Assembly: GCA_965235115.1 (NCBI GenBank)
Contig: OZ249436.1
Span: forward strand, 16,184,001-16,248,000
Direction: 5' to 3'
Source of the DNA: Laetmonice hystrix
Lineage: Eukaryota
Length of the DNA stretch: 64,000 bases
A model generated the notes under the pieces. That model was not told the DNA's origin and made no database searches. It worked only from the letters and a program-made list of their open reading frames with translations. This document shows, piece by piece, positions 10,800 through 23,513 of the stretch. Both the position numbers and the translations under genes were made by a program. How positions within the stretch are numbered: position 1 is the first letter of the stretch; each line of letters opens with the position of its first letter.

Positions 10800-10903
10800 G
10801 GGGGTTGCAATAAGTGCGTCAGACCGTCCGACAAGCCCTAGAAGCAAGTGACAGACTGTCCGTCACCAGTTGGACATTCCAACGCACTTATTGAAACACC
10901 CCC
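10800..10903. mobile_element. Short MITE of the GGGGTGTTTCAATAA-TIR family (PIF/Harbinger-like)
   Basis: GGGGTTGCAATAAGTGCGT ... ACGCACTTATTGAAACACCCC. The same family occurs at 18857 and 25956. Confidence 0.7.
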
Positions 10904-11486
10904 CGGCACTATTACATCCAGAGGACTGGAAAACTGTTAAGGTGAACAGTGTTTGGTGTACCCGTGCCCTATTTGTTCAGTGGTATGTCAAATCTTTTAA
11001 AAAGCGGCTGCAAACTTTACCATTTTATTAAGTCTTACCTATTGGCTAATTATTAGCAACGAGAAAATGACATTTATTCCAGCCAAAAATGCCCTCATCC
11101 AGAGAAATACAAGGCCTCTTCGTTCAGTACACCCCCATCAAAAAGAACCTTCTTGCAAGGTATTAATATTAACTTAGCCAGCATTGTACCAACAGTGCCT
11201 CAGTAAAATGTCTCCAGACATAGGATTGGTTAAAAGAAGGGTTTGTAACAAAGTCCCAACAAGTTTCTTTTGCATACTTTATTTTTAGGTTATCTTTACA
11301 TTAGGGTCTTCACAATATTTAATACGTAAACGATAGCCACACTTGGAAATCATTTAATCCATGCACTTTTGTCTATAAAGATTGGACACTGAACTGTGGG
11401 AAGACATACGATGTACACTTCAACACTCTCATTGCATAATTTATAACAGAGTATGTGAAACATCACACAACCTCAATAAGTCTGCA

Positions 11487-14400
11487 TTATTTGGATGTTT
11501 TATTCGGTCTTTCTTGACCTGAACCTCTTCCTTTATACTTGTCCTTCCCCTTTTCCATCTTGCCTAGAACCCTGTACACTTGCTTCTTGACCTCCTTCGC
11601 CTTGGCAGCCCGTTTACTGCCAATGTACGTCATCTCCTTTTGATGTTTGGAGACTCTCTTACTCATCGCTTCCTTGCGTTTCTTCAATCTCTCCTCATTC
11701 AGTACTTTAAGCATGTTCATCAAATTGGCAACCTAAAAATTAAAATGCCTTATTAATTTGTGGTCGTGTTGGTGATAATGTGACATGCGTTAACAAGGTA
11801 GAAAATAAACTTTTGCTAGTGCATTTTTTTCAATGTGAGATGTATTGGATGTGGTCAAGTTTTACTTGCCTTCTTCTCCTTGCGATCTCTCACAATGGCA
11901 ATGCGACTATTTTGGATGGGATCTGATATCGTCTTGGCAACTTTGGGCTTATCCTTGAATGGCAGAGTTCGCTGAACACTTTTGGGAATGACAAGAGGGT
12001 CGTAAGTCTTTGGCTGTCGTTCCACAGGCTGAAACAAGATCATTACATTATGCCAGTTATCTTCCCTTCCTAGATCGACTTACCGGTATATCAAATTAAA
12101 CATTTTTTTATTCAGAGGGAAACTACAGAGCAGCCCAGGTAGTCCTATACATAGCGAGAGGGGCCACACTTGTGGTATGGAATAGATTTAGACGATCTCA
12201 TAGAACTTGAATGCAGTTAAAAACTGCCTTTTTAACTTGGCATGCACCTAGTTATACAACCTCATTTATAAATATTTGGCACTTGAATTTAGAATCTGTT
12301 TAGAGATTAAAAATGCAAGGATTTAATGTCGTGGAACATGGCAGTGGATTTCTTGTGGTAACGTTCAGATACTGAAAAGCAGGTCATTACCTTGTAGAGT
12401 GTGTCCTCGTTGACCTCTCGCCGTATGGATCTCTCCCGTCGTAGCTGTCCCACGGTCTTCATGCCTAGCCACTTCTCCTTCTCATCAGGTGGTAGCAGTA
12501 GTGTTGTCACAGGATTGTAGAACTTTGGCATGGCCACAGGATACCACGTGCGTACAAACACAATATCTGTGTCCGAGGTAATATTTATTGTACATACAAG
12601 TCTTAGGCTAGACTATTACATACAGTGAAGTTTGTATTAGCAGGTTTTAGACAGTACAAGTATAATCTTTGACTACGTTATATGTGAAAGGAAAAGCAAT
12701 ACGCTAAGAAAATGTGTGGAGTGAGAAATTCTGTTCAGATCAATGAAACAAGTGTAGTAAAAGATCACCTAGTTATTGCTAAGGGCCACCGGGACTTGTT
12801 TACAAAATCTTGTGGCGACCTCTGGGGCAAAGGAGGTAAAAGGTGCACCAACCACTAAGGAGGATCTTGTCTTCAAATGTAGCCCTGAAGGCTCCCTGGG
12901 GGGTGTTGGCAGCCTTCTTGATCTGACCACGAATGCCACTCACAGTACGGATGCTGCTTCCCTCAAAACGACTCACCTCAAGTTGTGAATTGAACATTCC
13001 CTGTGGAAAAGCAGGCAGTATTTATGTCATGTCTCTTACATTCATGTTGGTTTTCCATAAGGATAACTTCCGAAGTTGAGAAAACAAATATTTAATTACT
13101 GTAGTCATGAATTTCTGTAGTAATTAAAATGAAACTTATCCCATCCCATCTTTTGATTTGATTTTGAATACTGACCTCAATAAAGGCTGTTTTCCTGTAT
13201 ATTTTTGAAGGTGTTCCTGTCAACTTTAGTTTCTTCACAATTGTCATAGACTTGTCCAGTTCTAAAACAACACCTGTTGCACAGATGCGGAAGTCTGACT
13301 GCAAACAAGACAAAAACACTAATCTTCTCTTCTCTCTTCTCACGGTCATGAGTAGCAAGATCATTATAATCTCTATAAGAGTACACAAATACTGAACATA
13401 TGATGGTATTTTTTAGTTTTAATTGAACAGCATTTTCACAAATTTCTACATTTTTATGTGGAACAGATTAAAAAAGATGAAAGTAGATGATCTAGGCAGT
13501 ATGGAGGGTCATATTTCCAGACTAGACTCCTATCCACCTGTAATACATCAAGGGAACACGTGAGTAATGGTACACCTACTGTGTTTCCTGCTATGGTCTG
13601 GACAGCCAAGATGCCTGTACCCTGGGGTGTGATGGGGCCTTGACAGGAAAACATACCAAAGTCAACCAGCAATGAGAGCTATAGTTGAGGGACTATGACA
13701 AACGCAGTTCTTTTATTCTTTAAGTAGCTAGTCAATCTGGTAAAAAATACATCTGATGATGCAATTCCTCCCATAAATTTAATACATGATCTTAATTGTT
13801 ACTCCATCATATAGATTACTCTGCAAGTTTATGCCTGGTACTTTGTCAGATTATTGCTCTCACTCACCCCAGAATGAGCCATTGCAGTGCAAGTGCTCTG
13901 GTGTATACTTAAGTAGACGGTGCCTCATGTTGTGGTCCTGAATTGAGTACAATGCGATTGTTTGGAAGCGCCGCCAACCAAGCGACACTATCAGGGGGTC
14001 TCGCGTCTTCAGGATTTTCTTGTGCCACCGATGTTTTTTCAAACGCACCTTGTAAAGATAAATGCAAACATTTGTTACATTTCGAGAGCTTCTGCCACAG
14101 GCTCAAAGGTGAGAAGAAATTACCTCCTTCATGTGACCTTGAGGTAACATGACATATCATGCACTGCGATGAACATTAGATTAAGCCTTTCAAATATCGT
14201 GCTAGAAAAAGAAATTTTACCTGGACACAGCCAATATTTTGCTCAGCACTCAGGAGTGCACCGAGTATGACTGGATATGTGGGATCAAAGTTGTTGATGA
14301 ACTCACAGGCCAGGCCATTGACCTGAACCCTCGCATATAATCCTGGTCTCAAACCTTCATACTGGGCACGGGTCTCTTCATCCATGTTTTCAAACTCTGC

Positions 14401-17400
14401 ACGATTCAACTGGAATTAATCAAATTAGACTATTAGAAAACTTGTTAAAATGGATTGGTATTCAAATCTGTAAAAATTATAGATAAATTAGAGACTGCAG
14501 ATAGTTGTATAATGGGTTCTTTGCTGCCAAGTATTGAATACAGACAACCATGGCAGTTTGTTATGGAATATCGATTGTCTAATACCATAACTCTGTACCT
14601 GTGCCTGTTCTTCCATCTCCGTTTTGAGGGTATCAAAGTATGTTCCTTGTCCGTCAGTGTCATCATAATCCTTGTTAAACATTTCCTTTAAACGTTTCTT
14701 TTTTTCAAGACGTTTTGCCATCACCTTACGTTGTCGCTCCTCTTCCCGTGTCTCATGGATTCTTGCTGAAAAGTTTTCAACAATGTTCCATCAAATACCT
14801 TTTTAAGATTCTTATCTTCAATGAGCTAAAGATATGCTAAACCCTAAGCTCCCACTAACTAGACCCTGCCTAAGTAGGCTGTATTGTAGCATGTCTCTAG
14901 GGCTGTATCCCCTCATAATGAAAGCATGCTAAATCTTGACCATAAAGAATATTAATTAGTAATTAAGACAGGGTGTCTTATAGTCTACATTTGTAAGAAT
15001 CACTCAAAAGTATGACAAGTGAGATCCTTGTAACTTCTTGCTACAAATCTACAGAAAGCTTCCTACGTTTATCATCTTCTGCATCCTTCTCATCCTCCTC
15101 GCTATCTTCATTTTCTCCTGCTTTGTGTACCTCTCCTGTCTCCAGGTCCTCATAGTCTCCATACATTTCGTCTGAAAATGAGAATTCATGTAAACAGGTC
15201 TTTTATAAAGAAAACATTTTCTACAGTGTAGAGATTTTCTATCAATAAAGACTTCATAACTGCATCAGTTAAAGTTTAAGTGCCAAAGGAGTTAAAATGG
15301 TACATGTTCATTGTTCTGGCTCTTTACAAAGCATCAAGAAAATTGTTGAAAATTTATCCTATGAGCATATAAATTTCTTTCTGATATTCTTATCAAGTTA
15401 TTTGGTATCTGTTATCATAAGAAATCAGAACAAATAAATTATAGCTTTTATACCATCATTCTTTAGAAGGGTCTCTGCATCCTCTGTATCATCCCAAGTC
15501 CCAGTCACGAAACAGTCCCTTATTTGGTCCATCACCTGTAAAACAAAATCCAGTTTAAATTCAAGATAAATCTTTTCGACCTGATTACAAAAAGTAGTTA
15601 AATACCTTTATTGATACTTGCAGACAGTTTTGAAAAAAAACATCACCGAGAAAATATTGAGCATGTTTTATCTCCTGTTAAAACTGTTAAAACCTGCTTA
15701 AAAGTTAGGACATACATCTTCCAGGTCCCAGTCTTGTATATGGTCAAGCCTGAAGAGAGAGCAGTCCAAGTCATTGACGGTTGCCTTCCGACTCTTGCTG
15801 ACCTTGTGTTTGGCTACTGTGAATAGCCCTCCCACCTGACTGTTGTTTTCTTGCTCATCTTTATCACAAACTCCATCTGGATATGAAGGAATACATGTAC
15901 ACTTTCCTTGGCAAAGGGATTAGGAGATAGATGGTCAGAGGACCATAAATTGCATTAAAAACAAGACTAAAATGCTGAATAAAAAAATAAACAAGCCCGA
16001 CATGGGACTCAACTGGCTTAACCTACATTGGTAGCATAGTTCAACATTTCCTTGATGTTGTGTGAAAATCAAACTTGTCCGAGATATTGGCCATGTGAAC
16101 CCATGTAGGCCTGCAGACCTACTTGCGGCACATGGATTTCGCTCATTATCGAACTCGTCCAAGATATTGGCCATATGATCTTATGTTCAAAGTTTTGTTG
16201 AAATCCATTAGAATTTGTGGCAGTTATCTCGTTGAAACCAAATTGTTTATGGACAAACAGGGATACAGAGGGACGGACGACACACCATCACATAAGCTCG
16301 ACTGGCTTCCAGCCAGTAGAGCTAAATATTGTTTTAAACTGAATTCTACAACTACCACATCCGCGTCTGCTTTGTCACAGTTGATGTGATTATCAGGCAT
16401 TTCTTGCCGGATTTCGAGTTTTAAAGTCAGTTTAAGTCACTACTAAACAGCTACCCTCTGCCGGATTTTAAGTTTTAAAGTCAGTTTAAGTCACTACTAA
16501 ACATCTACCCTCACGACAACCCTTCTTACCGCAGCCATAGACAAGTTTCCTCAAGTTGGGCGTTTCATTTTGCCTTCGGTAAAATGCTTCCTGAGCTTTG
16601 GCAGCTAAATTGTCTTTCCATTTTAGGTGCCCTGAAATTCAATGACAGAGCATACAGTCATCACAGATCATTAGAAAGGCCTCATTCTCTATATTTGATT
16701 ACCATAACAGTGAGAAAGTGCACCATGGACGAGCACAGATCTAAACAGTCAGACCTCGTTAATCCATGCTTCTTTAATTGTATACCTCACAACCATTTTC
16801 TATATAAAATGATTCAGTAATTTGTTTCATAAACCGAACACATTTTAATGGGCACCAAGTTGTTCTGATAACGAGCTCTGAAGTCCTGTATATTATTTGT
16901 TCTGACCTGTTTCTTCATCTCCGCTTTCATCTTCCTTCATAATTTCATCTTCATCCTCATCGTCATCATTACTATCATCTTCACCACCATCTTCATCCCC
17001 ATATCCAGATTCATCCTCATCTTCATCCTCATCCATGCCATCATCTTCTTCATCAGATTCGTTTTGACCTGCATCACTTCCCTTGGAGTCACCCTTTTTG
17101 ACTTCAGTAGACAGTGCCACTTCTGGCACGAGACCACTTTCACTCCCCATTTTGTCTGGTTTTGGCCTTTGAATTAAATGCTTATCCTCTAAGTCTGAGG
17201 AACTGTCTTCATTACTGCCCATAGCATCCTCTTCCTCCCTGTCCTCTTCATCTTGAGAACTACTATTCTCCTTTTCCTCTTCATCCGTTTCTGATTCTCC
17301 ACTGGTTTTTTCAGAAATTAATTTTCTTTTACCTTTGCTAGATCTTTTAGTTGATTTGAATATTGTGGAATTTCCTTCTTCCAAGTCATCATCACTGTCA

Positions 17401-20400
17401 GCAAAGGCCAAATCATCCAGATCCTGAATATTTAGACAAAAAGATTATTTTTCCAGTCAACAGCTCAAAAGAGGTTAATAATTTCTTATATGTGGAAGTT
17501 ATGTCTTAGAAATCCTGATCGTTAGAGCCTAGAGTCATATTTAGTTGTGTCTGGCATGTACATGTTTATTTACTTACCAGTTTGGGTTTTTTAAATGACT
17601 TTTCAACCTCTGCTTCAACAGTTTCCTCTTCATCCTAGAAAACCCATAGACCACACTTTATACAACAAACTAGATGTGCTATGGACATCAATGTGCATCA
17701 TGTTTGCATGGAATTGATTATACATGTAGTTTATTTCATGCCAGACTGGACACAATTGTAAACAGCTGGCTTTGCAACACTTGACTTAACAACTCGCCAG
17801 CAAATACAATTTGAACTTCATTATTGAGCAACAATATAGCATATATTAAGTAAAAGTTCAAATGCATAGATCACGGGAAAAAGTGATGTTTGCCATAAGA
17901 GAGCAGTTATGTTCATCATTAAAATGCTGACACTGTACCTCAATATCACTTTCTTCATCTTCATCTTCTTCATCTTCTTCTCCACTACCTACATCAGCCA
18001 CATCAGATTCACTCTCATCCTCATCATCTTCCTCAGCACTATCGTCATCATCAGTTAGCAAAGCTTTTCTCCGTACACGCCCATTCGCTTCTACCACTTT
18101 TACCTCCTCAGGTAGTCCAACTCTCGGATTCCTGTACAACGTACAGGAACAGGTATATTGCCATGAATTCAGTTGTTAACTTAACATCACTTTACATACG
18201 AGTAAAATAATATCCTAGTCTGATACCTGGAACTTGCAGATTTCTTGTCATCGACTGTATTCTTGGACAAGAATTTCTATTTTGGTTCCAGGGTGTGAAA
18301 AATTATTGTAAACTGTTATAGTTTTCTTTTAGTTAAACCTAAAAGTTTTGCATATACAAAAGAAATTACACACATAAACCAAATATTCTTATTATTATCA
18401 TCAAAAATTAGGATATGCAGGAAACTAGGTGTTCTAAATTGCGACAAATATCCGACTTCTCTCTATGTGCAATTTCCAAATTGCACTCAGGCTTCTAAAT
18501 GGACATTACCTGTCAAGCTCACTGGCAGAAATTGATGGTCCACCTTTAAAGAGTGTCAGATGACTGTCCTCTAGTTTAGCATCTATAGTTTTTTGTGCCT
18601 CAATGAGTTGACTTACAAACTCATTTGTTGGTTCTCCTCCCTAAAAATATTACAAAATAGAAGGATGATAAACTAAATATGACGGACATTTAACTAAAAT
18701 ATAGCAGGGTTCACCCACATGAGATCTGGGCCCCATCTCACTAAGAATTTTAGTCCACAATCAGGGACGTCCCCGACTGGGGACTTGTAGTAATGTCAGT
18801 CTGGGGACTTTTCTGGGGATGTCCCTAAGGATTTGTGTTAGTGAGATGGAGCCCAGAAGGGTATTTCAATAAGCGTGTCAGACAGTCCTACCGGCGACGG
18901 ACCAGAAATGACAGGCCCTACAACCAAGCGACGCTTATTGAAACACCCTCCTAGAGTCTCAGTTGATGTTTCAATATAAATTAAACCAATTCATAATTCA
19001 GGAAGTGGATAGCTCTTAAATCCTTTTCATCCATAATCTAGTGAGGGGGAAAAACTGTACGTCTAAAAATATTATTTAAGAACCCTGGAAAGATCTTTGA
19101 TCAATAGTTGTAAAAAACATCTTTAACCTCAGGTAAATCTAGTAGCATTAGGCGATGACAAAAAACACTGAACCATCACTTAAAAAATGGCAACAACCTA
19201 CCTCCTCCTCCTTGTTATGTGAGTGGCTTCCACCAGTGTCGATGTAGATAGCATCCTTGTCATACACAATGCCCCCAACACCAGAGAACGGGGCATAGAT
19301 GCTGCGTTCCTTCTCACTGAGGCGTCTCCTCTTACCTTGACTGTCAGGCAGTGGACATGGGTCTGGTAGAATGCTCATATCCTGAACAGTAAAGTCACCA
19401 CATCCTGTGACAAAAATTATACATTTGTAACATATGCACATGAACCAGAAGATACATTATTAACTCAGAATGGAGCAAAGCTTCTGATGTAGTATGTACT
19501 ACCAGGCTCTATACTGAAGAGAGGTAAGTTAATGAATGCTAACCTGGAATGTGAATGTTTGATTTGTTTTTGAAGTGGGTGCCTCGGATATATCCATACA
19601 AACACACAGAACGATCCACCTTCGGATTCTGTCGTATTGCCTCTGGATCTGTCACATCCTCTATTCTAAAATTCCGGTACAAACATTTTGTTCATTAGTT
19701 CTCAGTCCTCAAATGAATTATCTGTGAGTAATGATATGAGATAGCCCAGTGAATTAAAACTTCCTCAAACTCAAACAAAAATAATACATGTAACTTACTT
19801 GTCTTTCTTGCCAAAGAACTGGGAATAGTCATAAATAAAGTTTTTTTGTTCATGTACTTTTTCAGTGCAATATATATCTCACCTGTCAGTGAGGAGGTAT
19901 GGATGTGTTGTCCGCCACTGTAGAGGTCGGAATTTCATTACTGAGATAAATCGGCCCAAGTTATGTACCTCTGTCCGTTGATACTCGCCATTCACCATTC
20001 CAGACAGGTAAAACAGCTTTGCTCCCTGCCAGAAATAATATACACATAATATATACATGAAATACATGAAATGTATATTTCCAAATGACTGAAACTATTA
20101 GATTTGAAATTAGTTAACTTCCCATATAAAGGTAACCTTTAAAAACCTTCATTTCTGACAACTTATTTACAACAACATCATGTCTCTTTTCCCCATGTTA
20201 AGTTTCCAAATGCGGAGTTTCAACCGTAAAAGTGACCTGCTTATACAAAGGCCCCTTCCTTTACTTTAGAGAAGGCAAGGAGATGTCTCAGTACCAGAGG
20301 GAATGTCTTGGAACTAGTTCCCTCCATCCATCTATCTAGATATATCCATCTAAACATTCTCACCTGGTATACTTCAGTCCAAAACCTGTGCTTCAGACGT

Positions 20401-21934
20401 TTCTTGGTCTTTCGTAGAGCTTTGTTATTACGGAAGTGATCGAGATGAGTCAGAACACCCATGATTTTTGGAAATCCATGTACTTGACAAATGTTCAGAA
20501 ACTCAAAGATCTCCATCTCAAAGCCAAAACTAGCATCCACCAACAGAAGAACCTGCATGAAATAATACTTCTTCTCAATTGATGTATTTCACTTTGAAAA
20601 ATGTACCTTTTATGGCAATTTTTATGACCATAAATCATCAGGTATGACACATTAAGAGTCCCTACCTTACAGTTACATACACAACTAAAACTGTGTTTTA
20701 TCCATTGTTAATTTACTGCATCCATCCTCAGGCCAGTTTATTCTTTTAGATGCAACATACATGATACTTACAAGATCAGCAATTTTGGCAACATCTATCA
20801 TAGAGTTGATGTCATTGTTACACTCTAAGATGGTAATTCGCCTCTTTTTCCCTGAAAGATCAATGCAAAGAGAACATAAGGCCCTACCCTCAGACATCTT
20901 TTCAGTTGAAGTGTACCATAATATCATTCACAAAATGTACCCATCAACTGTTAATCATCAAGGACTTTATTTTAAACTGAAATAGAATTTTGTTTTTTGT
21001 TTTTTGTTTTTTTTTTAAATTTTTTATTAACATGCCTGAATTTGTATTTGCATTATAATGGTTTTAATGTAAAACATACCCGAAACAATAGTCACTGGTC
21101 CTTGTATTTTTGACAGCTTGTACCTTGTGAAATTTTTGATAAGGCACTGAATGAGAGTGGTCTTGCCAACTTTAGGTGGGCCCACCACTGCTATCACTAT
21201 AGGAGGTGGTTCAACTGGTGTTCGATCAACCACTGGCACATGATGTTTCCTCTCACGAATGTCGAGTGTTCTAAAAATGAAATATAATGCAGAGCAATAC
21301 AATATACTCACAATAGACTAACCAAGACTCACTCAGGTACTCATCAGATCAAAAAGATCAGATTAAAACAAAATAGGACCAAGAGTCCCGTAGCTTACCA
21401 GCAAAAGGTTTCAACAAAGGCTTATATTATTCATCTTGATTTGTCAAGGGGCACTGTGCATCCAGCAAGGTACCCCTTCAGCTCAGCACAGACTAAAACA
21501 GTGTGAAAACGACCTCTGAGGTCAACTAATGAATATTAATAGGGTCTGGCATAGTTATAGACTTGACTACGTCATATATAGGGCCGGAAATCTTGGCTGG
21601 TTCCAGCGAGAGAGGCTCCGGTGACGTCATACACCAGTTTAGCCATGCACATTTATAGCCCTGTAAACATTTGGCTATGTGTTTTTTACAGGTGCCATGG
21701 CTGACAAGTGAGCTGAGAGTGTGTTGTAGAGAATAAGGTGTAGAAGGATGTCAAGGACATTTACCTCCGGACTGCTTTTGCAACTTTGTTGACCGAATGA
21801 ACTGCAAAAGCCTTTGGGTTTCTTTGCTTTGCTGTTAGTTCCTGTTCATGTTTGCTTTTTGCCTTCTTTTTGTCTGCCTTCGGCCCTGCTTGGCGCTTGT
21901 GATGTAATTTCTTTCCTTTCCCTTCTTCATCCAT
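11487..21934 (-). CDS. BMS1: Ribosome biogenesis GTPase BMS1
   Basis: Exons in gene order: 21934-21765, 21270-21080, 20851-20772, 20552-20364, 20025-19883, 19665-19544, 19404-19202, 18640-18510, 18131-17939, 17634-17578, 17423-16907, 16631-16530, 15876-15716, 15535-15454, 15171-15067, 14765-14599, 14409-14221, 14048-13868, 13638-13580, 13298-13176, 13000-12853, 12566-12391, 12028-11870, 11732-11487. Motifs: QRNPKAFA, P-loop [33 protein letters not shown], an acidic central region, [25 protein letters not shown]. Confidence 0.97.
15990..16325. mobile_element. Helentron-associated (HINE/DINE-like) non-autonomous repeat in a BMS1 intron
   Basis: Starts AACAAG, has a duplicated (A)ACT(T/C)GTCC(G/A)AGATATTGGCCAT core, a GGACGGACG microsatellite, and a terminal hairpin AGCTCGACTGGCT-TCC-AGCCAGTAGAGCT followed by an A-run. 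Confidence 0.55.
16405..16512. repeat. 54-bp tandem duplication (2 copies)
   Basis: TGCCGGATTT..AGTTTTAAAGTCAGTTTAAGTCACTACTAAACA.CTACCCTC at 16405 and 16459. Confidence 0.9.
18729..18853. mobile_element. PIF/Harbinger-like MITE (GGCCC family)
   Basis: TIRs GGCCCCATCTCACTAA / TTAGTGAGATGGAGCC with flanks CTG / CAG. Confidence 0.7.
18857..18950. mobile_element. Short MITE of the GGGTGTTTCAATAA family, abutting the previous element
   Basis: AGGGTATTTCAATAAGCGT ... ACGCTTATTGAAACACCCT. Confidence 0.7.
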
Positions 21935-21944
21935 TCTTTTTTTT

Positions 21945-23513
21945 CTAAAACATAAAAAGACTATCAACACAACATTTAGGAGATACAAGTGGGTCACGTG
22001 AAAATAACAGCTCAGTTTGATACATTTGGTACATGTCAGATTATTAAATTGAAATATTTCTTGCCTAGAATGTCTGTAAAAAACTTGATGATGTTCTAAT
22101 AAGTAAGGCCTAAGGGTTGTTATGAAATGTACAATAAATATATAGGAGGTTAAACTTTTTTTTCCTTTCGTGAAACTGAAAAGGAGCTTGGCACATATAT
22201 TAAGTGTGTAATAGCGAGCGCAGCGAGCCGCGAAGCGGCTCGCGAGCGAGCTCTATACCCAAGGAGAACTGCATACCGTGCATCGATCGGATATGGAAAC
22301 CTGTGGAGGTTTTGGTGGTATTACGGAGCCGGCAAAATCGGAGCAATCTGATTGGCTTAAATTGCACTGCATCGAAATTCAAATTTCCCAAACACATGGG
22401 AATCTACAAACCGCTTCATTATCTGTCACTTCTATAAACAGATTCCAAACATTTAGTGACTTTTCCATTTGATTCTACCTACTATTCACGTCAAATCGCC
22501 TGTCGGAAACGTAACGGCCAATCGCTCCCGTTTACGGCCGCTTGACCGAAGTGAAAATGGTGGAAAACGTAGCCTGCTAGACTGTGGATTTAGAACCCAA
22601 TCTGTTGATTTCTACTGTGACGTCACAATATCAACACATGCTTATTCCAAAGTCTACTATGACGTGACAATATTACCATGGTCGTCATAAGACGACAATG
22701 GGCGTTGCTGAGTGACCGGTTACTCCCGGCGCTGACGTATCATTATCAAATTCAATGACTATATGGCTATGGAAAGCTGAAACAAAACTGTAGTAGCTAG
22801 GCTAAATAAAACTGCGCTCGCCCCTGGGTAGCACCCAAATCATATTACAGATAAAGAGACAACTTTTCCTTTGTTGAGTTTCTCATGATTTGCGCTTTCA
22901 GAATACATGATATGGTTTACATGTTATAACAATATAAATTTTGACCCAAAAATGCCAAATCACTATTTACTACTAATACTAGCTGTTACTAGTTCCTGCC
23001 ATCTGTATATTACTAGCAGCTGTGTTTTGGCCAAATCAGGCCATCAAGTGTCAAGCTGTCCGTTGCCGTTGCTATGAGGCAAAAGCTGAACATGATCCGA
23101 CCATCTGGGGAACCTTAGCTAAGCCTAAGGCCAGTAAGGGGGCGCTCCTGACGTGTTACCAGATCCCATCAAACCACGTTTTTGGGCGATAATAGAAGTA
23201 TTCAAAGGAAGACACACAAGATACAGAAGATTATCTGCATCAATATGCAGCTCATTTTGAAAGATCAGATGAACGTAAAAACGACTTTTGATGAAAGTCT
23301 CTATACGAAGTTCTTCATTACGTTTTTCGACTAAATTCATTACCTGAATTAGTACAAGCAGAGTTCCAGATGTTTGACGGTGTCCTGGATATATCTGGTC
23401 CTGTGAATGTTTAGTCTACAATACTAGTTCTCAAATTCGCCGATAGATGTCCCTGGTAGTCCCTTATCAGGGTATAAATTGACGTGACACATCGTCCCCG
23501 GCACATTGACAAC
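21945..23513. promoter_or_regulatory. Divergent BMS1/TARS1 promoter region, including untranslated BMS1 exon(s)
   Basis: The BMS1 ATG exon has an acceptor 10 nt upstream of the ATG, so a non-coding first exon must lie further up. Candidate minus-strand donors are near 22477 and 23344. The region is CpG-enriched with several TGACGT motifs. Confidence 0.6.
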
